From NCBI GenBank assembly GCA_048500355.1, contig JASNYD010000006.1, forward strand, positions 480,211 to 544,210: a stretch of DNA of 64,000 bases, read 5' to 3'. Under the pieces are notes generated by a model that worked only from the letters and a program-made list of their open reading frames with translations, made no database searches and had not been told where the DNA came from. Below are positions 29,087 to 38,352 of this stretch, piece after piece. A program made the translations under genes and the position numbers. The stretch is from Kofleriaceae bacterium (lineage in GTDB: Bacteria; Myxococcota_A; Polyangia; Haliangiales; Haliangiaceae). Each line of letters starts with the position of its first letter. The first letter of the stretch is position 1.

Positions 29087-30280
29087 ATGCGCGCCCTCGC
29101 CACCCTCCCCCTCCTCGCCTCCTCCCTGGTCGCCGCCTGCGGCGACGCCCCCGTCGATCCCGCGCCGGACGCCGGCGCGCCGCTCCTCGCGCCGCCGCCG
29201 CCCGGCGCCGGCCGCCAGCTCGCCATGACCGTCGCCATCGCGCCCGGCCAGGAGATCGAGCAGTGCCAGTACGTGATCGTCGACGAGGCGATCGAGATCT
29301 CGCGGTTCGAGCACGCCTACACCACCGGCTCGCACCACCTCCTGCTCTACCAGACCGCGCTGGCGCCCGCCGCGGTCCCGCGCGAGCGCTTCGACTGCAC
29401 CGGCGCGCCGCTCACCGAGCTGGGCGTGTCGGGGATCGCCTACGCCGCCCAGGTCCCCGCCGGCGAGCTCGCCTATCCGGCCGACGTCGCCCTGCGCGCG
29501 GCGGCGGGCTCGGTGCTCCTGGTCCAGACCCACTACCTCAACGCCGGGGTCGCCGCGCTCGACGCCGAGGTCCGCCTCAACCTGTGGTACGCGCCGGCGC
29601 CGGCGGCGATCGAGGCCGGCACGCTGTTCTTCTACGACTGGGCGATCGTGGTGCCGGCGGGCGGGACCGCGACCGCGCACATGCGCTGCCAGCTCCCGGG
29701 CGACGTCCAGCTCCTGTTCGGGATGTCCCACATGCACCGCCGCGGCGTCGGCTACCGCGCCGTGCTCGAGCCGGCCGACGGCGGCGCGCCGGTCGAGCTG
29801 TTCGCGACCACGGCGTGGGAGGGCGTCGAGCCCCTGCGCTACCAGCCGGCGCGGCCGGCCGGCGCGGGCGCGGTCATCGACTACCGCTGCGACTTCGCCG
29901 GCGAGCCCGGGCGCACGATCATCGAGGGCCCGTCGGCCGACGCCAACGAGATGTGCATGTTCATCGCCTCCTACTACCCGCGCCTCGACCCGGCGACCGA
30001 GCTGTGCGCCGGGCCGGGCTCGGGCCCGGTCTTCACCGGCGCCCGGACCTGCGCCGAGACCGTGAGCTGCGTACGCGCCGCGGGCGCCGACGAGGTCGCC
30101 GCCGAGACCTGCCTGGTCGACACCTGCGCCGGCTCGAGCCCGGCGGCGGTCGAGCTGATGAAGTGCATCAACTTCCAGTGCGGCGAGGCGTGCGCGGTCC
30201 CCGGCACCGCGGCCTGCGACCAGTGCGTGATCAGCACCTGCGGCGAGCCGTTCGGCGACTGTCAGGCCGCGAGCTGCTGA
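29087..30280 (+). CDS. Lipoprotein with PHM/DBH-like (copper type II ascorbate-dependent monooxygenase) His/Met copper-site signature and a Cys-rich C-terminal tail
   Basis: Start at the internal ATG MRALATLPLLASSLVAACGD (lipobox). In track numbering: HH at 100-101 (GSHHLLLY), H166 (VQTHYLN), H232/H234 (MSHMHRRG), M306/M308 (NEMCMFIASY). Spacings of 65/66/72 match the CuH (H,H,H) / CuM (H,H,M) spacing of peptidylglycine alpha-hydroxylating monooxygenase. The C-terminus has about 12 Cys (CAETVSCVRAAG...CINFQCGEACAVPGTAACDQCVISTCGEPFGDCQAASC). Confidence 0.55.
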   Translation: MRALATLPLLASSLVAACGDAPVDPAPDAGAPLLAPPPPGAGRQLAMTVAIAPGQEIEQCQYVIVDEAIEISRFEHAYTTGSHHLLLYQTALAPAAVPRERFDCTGAPLTELGVSGIAYAAQVPAGELAYPADVALRAAAGSVLLVQTHYLNAGVAALDAEVRLNLWYAPAPAAIEAGTLFFYDWAIVVPAGGTATAHMRCQLPGDVQLLFGMSHMHRRGVGYRAVLEPADGGAPVELFATTAWEGVEPLRYQPARPAGAGAVIDYRCDFAGEPGRTIIEGPSADANEMCMFIASYYPRLDPATELCAGPGSGPVFTGARTCAETVSCVRAAGADEVAAETCLVDTCAGSSPAAVELMKCINFQCGEACAVPGTAACDQCVISTCGEPFGDCQAASC

Positions 30281-30355
30281 GGCCGCGAGCTGGGCCCGCG
30301 AGCCGCCGAGGCCGCGACCTGCCGAGGCCGGGGCGAGCTCCGGTGGCCCTCCGGG

Positions 30356-30393
30356 GTGGCCGGATTCCGGCCGGGTGGCCGGATCCCGGCCGG
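30356..30393. promoter_or_regulatory. Two tandem near-identical palindromes (ggccgga-t-tccggcc and ggccgg-atc-ccggcc) in the intergenic region
   Basis: Directly visible: gtggccggattccggccgggtggccggatcccggccgg. They lie downstream of the monooxygenase-like gene and about 130 bp upstream of the metalloprotease ATG. Candidate operator pair or terminator hairpins. Confidence 0.35.
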
Positions 30394-30454
30394 CCTCGCG
30401 TCCGGATCTCGGACACCGTAGCCGCAAGCCCGCGAGATCGGTAGCACGCCCGCC

Positions 30455-30470
30455 TGGTCCGGCCCTTGCT
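30455..30470 (+). promoter_or_regulatory. Candidate sigma-54 (-24/-12) promoter upstream of the metalloprotease gene
   Basis: cTGGTCCggcccTTGCTc against consensus TGGCAC-N5-TTGCW. GG and GC are correctly spaced (12 nt) and the element lies 50 bp upstream of ATG 30521. Confidence 0.3.
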
Positions 30471-30520
30471 CTGCCCCCGCGCGAACCACACCCGCGCCGA
30501 GCGCGGAACGGAGAGCGCAC

Positions 30521-33454
30521 ATGGGCTGGACGAACTGGATGACGATGACGCTGGTGCTGGCCGCGGTCGCGGGCTGCACCGAGGGAGTGATCGTGGGCGG
30601 CGGCGGCGGGTCGCGGTACGACCGCGAGGTCAAGGGCGGCAACCTCCACCACGCGGCGGTCGAGGGCGCGAGCCGGACCGACCTCGATCTCGGGCGCGTC
30701 CTGGCGAGCGCGCCGGCGCTGGCGCCCGCGGTGGGGCCGCTGGCGGCGGGTGACTTCACGATCACCACCGCCACCTCGCGCGGGGCGACCGGGCGACCGC
30801 TGATCCACGCGATGGCCCAGCAGCACGTCGGCGGCGTGCCCATCGTCGACAGCCACCTCTACCTGACGGTGGCGCCGGGGCCGGGCCAGGGCGAGGGCCA
30901 GCTCGTGGCGTCGAGCTACCGCCTCTTCCACGGCGCCGACGTCGACGTGACCCCGTCCGTCGATCGCGCCCGGGCCGAGGCCCGGGCCCGCGCGGTGCTG
31001 CGCGCCCCGGCCGACGCCGCCGTGCGCGAGGCGCGGCTGGTGATCCGCGAGCGGAGCGGCGCGCTCGCCCTGGTGTGGGACGTGACCCTCGATGGTCACG
31101 ACGGCCGCGCCCTGATCCACGCCAGCGGCCCGCGCGCCGGCACCGCCGACGTGCTCGACGATCGGGTGTACGAGACCAGCGGCACGGTGTCGGCGTGGGT
31201 CGCGGTCGGCGGCGCCCCCGGCGCCGGCGGCGAGCCGCGGCTGGTCGCCCAGGCCGACACGATGGTCCTCGCCGGCGAGGTGTCGACCTCGACCGCCGGC
31301 GACGGTCGCTACCTCCTGGCCGCGCCGGCCGGCTCGATCGTGACGACGACCGTCGCCGGGCTCGCGGCGCTGGTCACGGACGTCGGCGGGCTCGCGGTCG
31401 AGGCCTCGGCCCCGGCCGCGCCGGAGGTCGACCTGACCCTGGGCGGCGCCAGCGAGCGCGAGCTGGCCATGACCACCGCCTACCACTTCACGACCGCGGC
31501 GCGCCGCTTCCTGCTCGCCAACGGCGTCCCCGCCAGCGTGCTGGGCGCGCCGCTCGCCACCCGGGTCAACCTGGCCTCGACGTGCAACGCCTACTACTCG
31601 CCGGCGGGGCGCACGATCAACTTCTTCCGCGCCGGCGGCGGCTGCAACAACAGCGCCGAGGCCAGCATCATCGCCCACGAGTACGGCCACTTCGTGGACG
31701 ACACCTTCGGCGGCATCACCGACGGCGGGCTGAGCGAGGGCTGGGGCGATCTGCTGGCCTGCTTCCTCCTCCGCGATCCGGTGATCGGCGGCGATCTGTT
31801 CCACTCGAGCGGCCAGCTCCGGACCTGCGACAACGACTACCGCTACCCGCGCAGCGGCCACGACAGCGTCCACGAGCTGGGGCAGGCGTGGTCCGGGTTC
31901 GCCTGGCACGCCCGCGCCGGCCTCATGGCCGCGCACGGCGCCGAGGCCGGCGAGGCCCGCGCCCGCGCCCTGATCATGCCGTCCCTGGTCACCAACGCGC
32001 CCGACATCCCGGCCGCGGTGCGCGAGGTCTTCCTGCGCGACGACGACGATGGCGACCTGCGCAACGGGACCCCGAACTGGGACGTGCTCCTGGCCGCGGC
32101 CGAGCGCCACGGCCTGCGCTTCGCCGTCGACGTCGACCACGGCCCGCCCGGCGCCGTCACCGATCTGATCGCGACCGCGGTCACCCCCACCACCGTCACC
32201 CTGCGCTGGACCGCGCCCGGTGATGACGGCGATCACGGCACCGCCGCGCGCTACGAGCTGCGCTGGGCGCTCGAGCCCATCGACGAGGCCAGCTTCGCCG
32301 CCGCCGCTCACCTGCCGGCCCCGGCGCCGCTGCCGGCGGGTCACCTCCAGACCACGACCGTGTCGGTGCCGCCGGTCGAGCGGCTCTACCTGGCGCTGCG
32401 CGCCATCGACGAGCTCGACCACGCCGGCGCGCTCTCGAACGTGATCGAGGTCGAGCTGCCGGCGCCCCGGGTGATCTGGAGCGACGGCGCCGAGGCCGGC
32501 CTCGGCCCGTGGCAGGCGACCGGGCTGTGGCACGTCAGCGAGCGACGGGCGGCGGCGGGCCAGCGCGCCTTCCGCTACGGCGACGACGCCACCGGCACCT
32601 ACGACACGCCCGGCCGGGCCAACCAGGGCGCGCTGCTGTCGCCGATCATCGACCTCGACGCGGCCGTCGCGCCCCGCCTGACCTGGCGCGAGCATGTCGA
32701 CGTCGAGGAGTCGACGACCTACGACCTGCTCCGGGTCGAGGTCTTCGACGTCGACGATCCTTCGATCGCGGTCAGCGGCGAGAAGCTCCACGGCCGCACC
32801 GCCGGGTTCACGCCGCGCCTCGTCGACCTGAGCGGGCTGGTCGGTCGGCGGGTCCGGATCCGCCTGTGGTTCGACACCGTCGACGCGGCGATCAACGACG
32901 GCGAGGGCTGGTACGTCGACGAGCTGCGCGTGCTCGGCGACCAGGGGCCGGCGCCGGAGCCGCCCGCCGGCGGCCGCCTCCTCGTCAACGAGCTGCTCGC
33001 CGATCCGCCGGCCGGCTACGACGCCAGCGGCGACGGGATCGCCAGCCCCACCGCCGACGAGTTCGTCGAGCTCGTGAACATCGGCGACCGGCCGCTCGAC
33101 CTCGGCGGGGCCACCATCACCGACGACGTCGCGGTGCGCGGCACGTTCCCACCCGGGACCGTGCTGGCCCCGGGCGAGGTCCTGGTCCTGTTCGGCGGCG
33201 GCGTGCCGGCGCTGCCCGGCGTCCGCACCATGGTCCTCGGCCCGCTCGCGCTCAACAACGGCGGCGACACCGTGACCATCCGCGGCGCCGGCGGCGAGGT
33301 CCTGGCCCAGCTCGCCTACGGCAGCGCCGCCGGGGACGACCAGTCGCTCACCCGCGCGGTCGACCACGACCCCGAGGCCCCGCTCGTCAAGCACCGCACG
33401 CTCTCGTCCGCCCCGGCCTCACCCGGCCGGCGCGCCACCGACCCCGTGCCCTGA
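30521..33454 (+). CDS. Secreted HEXXH zinc metalloprotease lipoprotein (gluzincin, M4/M36-like) with fibronectin-III-like and C-terminal lamin-tail (LTD) domains
   Basis: Lipobox MTLVLAAVAGCTEG. IIAHEYGHFVDDTFGGITDGGLSEGWGD (HExxH plus downstream Glu). TVTLRWTAPGDDGDHGTAARYELRWA (Fn3-like). LLVNELLADPPAGYDASGDG...EFVELVNIGDRPLDLGGATITD (LTD motif). Confidence 0.8.
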   Translation: MGWTNWMTMTLVLAAVAGCTEGVIVGGGGGSRYDREVKGGNLHHAAVEGASRTDLDLGRVLASAPALAPAVGPLAAGDFTITTATSRGATGRPLIHAMAQQHVGGVPIVDSHLYLTVAPGPGQGEGQLVASSYRLFHGADVDVTPSVDRARAEARARAVLRAPADAAVREARLVIRERSGALALVWDVTLDGHDGRALIHASGPRAGTADVLDDRVYETSGTVSAWVAVGGAPGAGGEPRLVAQADTMVLAGEVSTSTAGDGRYLLAAPAGSIVTTTVAGLAALVTDVGGLAVEASAPAAPEVDLTLGGASERELAMTTAYHFTTAARRFLLANGVPASVLGAPLATRVNLASTCNAYYSPAGRTINFFRAGGGCNNSAEASIIAHEYGHFVDDTFGGITDGGLSEGWGDLLACFLLRDPVIGGDLFHSSGQLRTCDNDYRYPRSGHDSVHELGQAWSGFAWHARAGLMAAHGAEAGEARARALIMPSLVTNAPDIPAAVREVFLRDDDDGDLRNGTPNWDVLLAAAERHGLRFAVDVDHGPPGAVTDLIATAVTPTTVTLRWTAPGDDGDHGTAARYELRWALEPIDEASFAAAAHLPAPAPLPAGHLQTTTVSVPPVERLYLALRAIDELDHAGALSNVIEVELPAPRVIWSDGAEAGLGPWQATGLWHVSERRAAAGQRAFRYGDDATGTYDTPGRANQGALLSPIIDLDAAVAPRLTWREHVDVEESTTYDLLRVEVFDVDDPSIAVSGEKLHGRTAGFTPRLVDLSGLVGRRVRIRLWFDTVDAAINDGEGWYVDELRVLGDQGPAPEPPAGGRLLVNELLADPPAGYDASGDGIASPTADEFVELVNIGDRPLDLGGATITDDVAVRGTFPPGTVLAPGEVLVLFGGGVPALPGVRTMVLGPLALNNGGDTVTIRGAGGEVLAQLAYGSAAGDDQSLTRAVDHDPEAPLVKHRTLSSAPASPGRRATDPVP

Positions 33455-33462
33455 CCTCGGAG

Positions 33463-33483
33463 CGTGTGAAGGAATCACACGCC
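33463..33483. terminator. Perfect 8-bp stem hairpin (gcgtgtga-aggaa-tcacacgc) between convergent genes
   Basis: Seen in sequence 9 nt after the metalloprotease stop and about 57 nt before the convergent VWA gene stop. Likely a bidirectional intrinsic terminator. No U-tract, as is usual in high-GC genomes. Confidence 0.5.
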
Positions 33484-33539
33484 CTGGTCTCGGTGGAGGC
33501 TGGCGAGTCCCGTCGCCGGGCCACGGCGGCCGCCGCAGC

Positions 33540-35009
33540 TCACGGGCCGTAGAGCGTGCCCTGCGGGGCGCGCTCCTCGATCAGCCGCAGCATCGCCGCC
33601 GCCAGCTCGACCTCGGGCGTGAGCGTCGGATCGGCGAGCGCGGCGGCGTCGGCGGCGAAGCGGTCGTGGGCGGCGCGCATGATCGTGGTGGCGAGCGCCG
33701 GATCACCCGCGTACGAGGCCGCGGCGTCGTGCATGCCCGACACCAGGAGGGCCAGCGCCGTGGTCCGGGCCGTCGCCTCCTGGGCGAACCAGTGGCCGCG
33801 CTCGTCGAGGGGCGCGCCGTCGCGGCTCGCGCGCAGCGTGGTCACCCGCGGCACGCCGGCCGGGTTGACCCACCGCAGCTCGGCGTCGGCGTAGGCCAGC
33901 GCCAGGGCGCCCTCCTCGGCCTCGACCAGCGACACCAGCAGGGCGCCGCGGCGCTTCGACAGGAACACGGTCGCGACCTCGAGCCGGGGCTCCTCGCCGA
34001 AGCCGACCGGAAAGCCGTAGCCCTGCTCGATCGCCAGGCCCGCGCTGTGGCGGACCTCGACGCCGAGATCGTAGGCGATGGGCGACGCGAACCACGGCCA
34101 CTCGTCGGCCATGAAGCTCGCCACGTCCTCGGCCCGCTGCATGCTGAAGGCGTTGGCGCCGCGGACCTTGGCCATGCTCTGCAGCACCTCGGGGCCGACG
34201 CCGAGGCCCAGGGCCAGGACCGAGATGTGGACGCCGTCGGCGGCGCCCCGGCTGACCAGGTCGTCGAACGCGGTGGGCGAGGTCGGGCCGACGTTGGGCT
34301 GGACGTCGGTGAACAGCACCACCCGCACGTGCGGGCGACCGGCGGCCCGCGCCTGCCGCCCCAGCTCGTAGGCGCGCACCAGCCCGCCGTGCATGTCGGT
34401 CGCCCCGCCCTCGCGCAGGCCGTCGACGACGCCCCGGATCGCGGCCTTGTCGGCGCCGCTGGTCAGGCCCAGGGGCGTGCGCACCGAGCTGCCGTAGGTG
34501 ACGATCGCGACCTGATCGCCGCCGTCGATCGCGTCGACCAGCCCGTGCATCAGCCGCCGCGACAGGTAGCCGGGAGTCGGGTACTCCTCGCCGCCGCTGC
34601 CCCAGCCCATGGAGCCCGACACGTCGACCGCGAAGATGAAGGTGGTGGCCGGGCGCTGGAACAGCTCGGGCACGACGTTGGACGACAGCCCGACCTGCAG
34701 CCAGCCCCGCGGGTCGCCGTCGCGGTCGGGGGCCACCCCCAGCGCGGTGCGCAGGCACAGGGTGTCGTTGCACGGCGCGCCGGTCAGCCCGAGGTCGTGC
34801 TCGGCGAACATGGCCTCGACCAGGAGCGCGGCCGCCGGCGGGATCTGTCCGTTGGCGATGAGCTCGCGGGCCAGCTTCAGGTCCTTGACCCCACCCGGGG
34901 TCGCGCCGAAGTCGCCGCCGCCGGAACCGTGGAGGTCGCCACCGCAGGCCGCGGCCAGGGCGAGGAGCGGGGCCAGGAGGATGGAACGCGCGACGCGGTG
35001 GTGTCTCAT
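33540..35009 (-). CDS. von Willebrand factor A (VWA) domain lipoprotein
   Basis: Start at the internal ATG MRHHRVARSILLAPLLALAAACGGD (lipobox). FIFAVDVSGSMG (MIDAS DxSxS), ...VAIVTYGSS..., ...VVLFTDVQPN.... The R-rich track N-terminal extension is rejected. Confidence 0.8.
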   Translation of the reverse strand: MRHHRVARSILLAPLLALAAACGGDLHGSGGGDFGATPGGVKDLKLARELIANGQIPPAAALLVEAMFAEHDLGLTGAPCNDTLCLRTALGVAPDRDGDPRGWLQVGLSSNVVPELFQRPATTFIFAVDVSGSMGWGSGGEEYPTPGYLSRRLMHGLVDAIDGGDQVAIVTYGSSVRTPLGLTSGADKAAIRGVVDGLREGGATDMHGGLVRAYELGRQARAAGRPHVRVVLFTDVQPNVGPTSPTAFDDLVSRGAADGVHISVLALGLGVGPEVLQSMAKVRGANAFSMQRAEDVASFMADEWPWFASPIAYDLGVEVRHSAGLAIEQGYGFPVGFGEEPRLEVATVFLSKRRGALLVSLVEAEEGALALAYADAELRWVNPAGVPRVTTLRASRDGAPLDERGHWFAQEATARTTALALLVSGMHDAAASYAGDPALATTIMRAAHDRFAADAAALADPTLTPEVELAAAMLRLIEERAPQGTLYGP

Positions 35010-35173
35010 GCGCCCTCCCCCTCGCACCCGCCGTACCAGCCCACCGCGGGACGGTCCGCGTACTTGGCGGCCGCGGGTCGAGCGCGTGGCCCGGGGACAG
35101 GACATCGATGTCGCGCTCGCGGTCGGGGGCCCCGCCGCCGTGCGCGCCCTCGCCGCCGGATATACTCGGCGCG

Positions 35174-38100
35174 ATGAGCGAAGGCCCAGGCGCGAGGTCC
35201 TCCCGGCGTGGTTCGGCCACCGCACGCCGCCGGCGCAAGGTGGCGTGGGCGCACCGCCTGCGCCGGGTCGGGATGGCGTGGCAGAACGCGATCGAGATCG
35301 TCCGCGCCGGCCGGCTGACCGCCCCCTACGGCGCGCCGTTCGCGATCGCCCACGAGACCCCGATCTACAAGCTCCGGCACTACCGCGCCGACGACGTACC
35401 GGCGCGCGGCGCGCCGCTCCTCCTGGTGCCGCCGCTGATGGTCGCCTCCGAGGTCTACGACATCGCGCCCGACATCAGCTCGATCAACTACCTGACCCGG
35501 GCCGGCGTCGACGTCTGGCTCACCGACTTCGGCGCCCCCGAGCGCGAGGCCGGCGGCATGGAGCGGACCCTCGACGATCACGTGCGGGCGGTGTCCGACG
35601 CCGTCGACCGGGTCCGCGCCGCCACCGGCCGCGACGTCCACCTCGCCGGCTACTCCCAGGGCGGCATGTTCGCCTACCAGGTGGCGGCCTTCCGCCGCTC
35701 CGCCGGCCTGGCCTCGGTCATCACCTTCGGCAGCCCGGTCGACATCCACCGCACCGTGCCCATCGCCGACCAGCTCGTCGAGCGCATGGTCGCCGGGCTG
35801 CAGCGCGCGGTCACCCTGCCCCTCGATCACATCGACGGCCTGCCCGGCTTCCTGACCTCGACCGGCTTCCGGCTGCTGAGCGCGCGCAAGGAGATCGGCC
35901 AGCTCTTCGACTTCGTCAGCAAGCTGCACGATCGCTCGGCGCTGGAGAAGCGCGAGGCCCGCCGCCTGTTCCTCGGCGGCCAGGGCTTCGTGGCCTGGCC
36001 GGGGCCGGCGCTGCGCAAGTTCATCGACGAGATCATCGTCGCCAACCGCATGACCTCGGGCGGCATCGTCATCGACGGCCACGCCGTGACCCTGGCCGAC
36101 ATCAGCTCGCCCATCCTCTACTTCCTGGGCGAGCGCGACGAGATGGGCCGGCCGGCGGCGGTGCGCGGCATCCGCAAGGCGGTGCCGGCGGTCGAGGCGC
36201 TGTACGAGGTCCCGGTCAAGGCCGGCCACTTCGGCCTGGTGGTGGGCTCGACCGCGCTCGCGATCACCTGGCCGACCGTGGTCGAGTGGATCCGCTGGCG
36301 CGACGGCGACGGCCCGCCGCCGGTGCGCGCGGTGCCGGTGCCGACGCGGGACGCCGGCGGCGCCGCCGGGCGCGGCGCCCGGGACGAGGACGACGACGGT
36401 CGCGACGAGGCCGACGACGAGGCCGACGCCGGCGTCGACGACGACGACATCGAGGCCGCGTTCGGCGAGCTGCAGTTCGACCTCGAGCTGGTGCAGGACG
36501 TGATCGGCAACACCGCGCGCGCCGTCCTCGACCGCATCGGCGACGTCAGCACCGATCTCGGCGACTACCTCGACAACCTGCGCTGGCAGGTGCCGCGCCT
36601 GCGCCGCCTGCGCAACCTGCGCGACGACACCGCGATCTCGCTGGGGCGGACGCTGGCCGATCAGGCCCGCACCATCCCCGAGCGCACGTTCTTCCTGTGG
36701 AAGGACCGGGCCTTCACCTACGCCGAGGCCAACCGCCGGGTCGACGCCGTTGCCCGCGGCCTCATGCAGTGCGGGGTCCGCCCCGGGCTCCGGGTGGCGG
36801 TGCTGATGGGCGGGCGGCCCAGCTACTTCTCGGCGGTGACCGCGCTGTCGCGGATCGGCGCGGTGGCGGTCCTGATCGCCCCCGCCACCCCCGACGCCGC
36901 GCTCGGCCGCGCCTTCGACGTCGGCGAGTGCGAGGCCGTGATCGCCGATCCCGAGCTGGCGCCGCGGGTGCGGGCGGTGTGGGCCGGCAAGCTGCTGGTG
37001 CTGGGCGGCGCCCACGACGCCCGCGCCCTGCCCGCCGGCGCCGTCGACCTCGAGGCCATCGATCCGGCGGCGCAGCCCCCGCCCGCCTGGTACCGTCCGG
37101 ATCCCGGACGCGCTCGCGATCTGGCCCTGGTCTTCGTCTCCGGCGGCGCGTTCTCGGCGCCGCGGGCCAGCCGCATCACCAACCGGCGCTGGGCGTTCTC
37201 GGCCCTGGGCGCCGCCGCCACCTGCACCCTGTCCAACCGCGACACCGTCTACTGCTGTCTGCCGCTCCACCACCCGACCGCGATGCTGGTCGCCGCCGGC
37301 AGCGCCCTGGCCGGCGGCGCCCGCCTCGCCCTGGCCTCGGAGTTCCGCCCCGACGTGTTCTGGCGCGAGGTCCGCCGCTACGGCGTGACCGTCGTGTACT
37401 ACGCGGGCGAGCTGTGCCGGCCGCTGGTGCTGGCGCCGCCGATGCTGGGCGAGCACAACCACCCGATCCGCCTGTTCGCCGGCTCGGGCATGCGCCCCGA
37501 TCTGTGGCGCAAGCTGCTCGACCGGTTCGGCCCGGTCGGCGTGCTCGAGTTCTACGCCTCGACCGAGGCCTCGGCGGTGCTGGCCAACGCCTCGGGGCAG
37601 AAGGTGGGCGCCGTGGGGCGCCCGCTGCCGGGCAGCCCGGAGCTGGCGATCGCCGCCTACGACTTCGACGCCGACGAGCTGATCCGCGACGCCGCCGGCC
37701 GGCTGGTGCGCGCCCGCGTCGACGAGCCCGGCATGCTGGTGACCCGGCTCGACTCGCCGCGCGGCATCGCCGACGTCGCCCACCTGCCGCCGGCCCGTCT
37801 GCTGCGCGACGCCTTCGCCCCCGGCGACACCTGGTTCTTCTCCGGCGACATCCTGACGATCGACGGCGACGGCGACTACTGGTTCGTCGATCGCTGGGGC
37901 GACACGATCCGCACCGCCGCCGGACCGGTCACCACCCGCCGCATCGAGGACGCGCTGCACGGCGTGCCGGCGGTGCTGGCATGCGCGGCGGTCGGCGTGA
38001 CCATGACCGGCGAGCCGGGCGAGGTGCCGGCCGCCGCGTTCGCGCTCACCGCCGGCGCCGCGCTCGATCTCGCCGCGCTGTCGGCGGCGGTGGCGACTCT

Positions 38101-38341
38101 GCCCGAGCACATGCGCCCGCGCCGCCTGCGCCGGGTCGAGGGCATCCCCATGACCGACGGCTTCCGCCCGCTCAAGAAGCCCATCCAGGATCTCGGCTTC
38201 GCCGACGGCCCCGACGTGTGGGCGTGGGACGCCGCCACCGCCAGCTACCGCGGCACGGCGCGCGCCGCCGCCGCCGAGCCCGCCGCCACCGCCGAGCCCG
38301 CCGCCGACCGCGTGGGCCCGTCCACCGACCTGCTATCCTGA
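35174..38341 (+). CDS. Bifunctional PhaC-like alpha/beta-hydrolase (lipase, Ser nucleophile) fused to an AMP-dependent acyl-CoA synthetase (Rv1683-like architecture)
   Basis: N-terminal half: LLLVPPLMVASEVYDIAPDIS...INYL...GVDVWLTDFGAP and nucleophile elbow AGYSQGGMFAY (PHA-synthase N-terminal/ABH fold with Ser, not Cys). C-terminal half: AMP-binding motifs (FVSGGAFSAPRAS, YAGELCRPL, WFFSGDILTIDGDGDYWFVDRWGDTIR). An acidic linker sits between the halves. I put the start at MSEGPG (35174); MAWQNA (35273) is an alternative. Confidence 0.85.
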   Translation: MSEGPGARSSRRGSATARRRRKVAWAHRLRRVGMAWQNAIEIVRAGRLTAPYGAPFAIAHETPIYKLRHYRADDVPARGAPLLLVPPLMVASEVYDIAPDISSINYLTRAGVDVWLTDFGAPEREAGGMERTLDDHVRAVSDAVDRVRAATGRDVHLAGYSQGGMFAYQVAAFRRSAGLASVITFGSPVDIHRTVPIADQLVERMVAGLQRAVTLPLDHIDGLPGFLTSTGFRLLSARKEIGQLFDFVSKLHDRSALEKREARRLFLGGQGFVAWPGPALRKFIDEIIVANRMTSGGIVIDGHAVTLADISSPILYFLGERDEMGRPAAVRGIRKAVPAVEALYEVPVKAGHFGLVVGSTALAITWPTVVEWIRWRDGDGPPPVRAVPVPTRDAGGAAGRGARDEDDDGRDEADDEADAGVDDDDIEAAFGELQFDLELVQDVIGNTARAVLDRIGDVSTDLGDYLDNLRWQVPRLRRLRNLRDDTAISLGRTLADQARTIPERTFFLWKDRAFTYAEANRRVDAVARGLMQCGVRPGLRVAVLMGGRPSYFSAVTALSRIGAVAVLIAPATPDAALGRAFDVGECEAVIADPELAPRVRAVWAGKLLVLGGAHDARALPAGAVDLEAIDPAAQPPPAWYRPDPGRARDLALVFVSGGAFSAPRASRITNRRWAFSALGAAATCTLSNRDTVYCCLPLHHPTAMLVAAGSALAGGARLALASEFRPDVFWREVRRYGVTVVYYAGELCRPLVLAPPMLGEHNHPIRLFAGSGMRPDLWRKLLDRFGPVGVLEFYASTEASAVLANASGQKVGAVGRPLPGSPELAIAAYDFDADELIRDAAGRLVRARVDEPGMLVTRLDSPRGIADVAHLPPARLLRDAFAPGDTWFFSGDILTIDGDGDYWFVDRWGDTIRTAAGPVTTRRIEDALHGVPAVLACAAVGVTMTGEPGEVPAAAFALTAGAALDLAALSAAVATLPEHMRPRRLRRVEGIPMTDGFRPLKKPIQDLGFADGPDVWAWDAATASYRGTARAAAAEPAATAEPAADRVGPSTDLLS

Positions 38342-38352
38342 GCCGGCGCCCG

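Noticed and set aside
26539-33394. ORFs 26539..30444(+) of 1301 aa and 29003..33394(-) of 1463 aa
   Set aside because: Low-complexity Arg/Gly frames crossing the methyltransferase, monooxygenase-like and metalloprotease genes, all of which have clear motifs on the other frame or strand.
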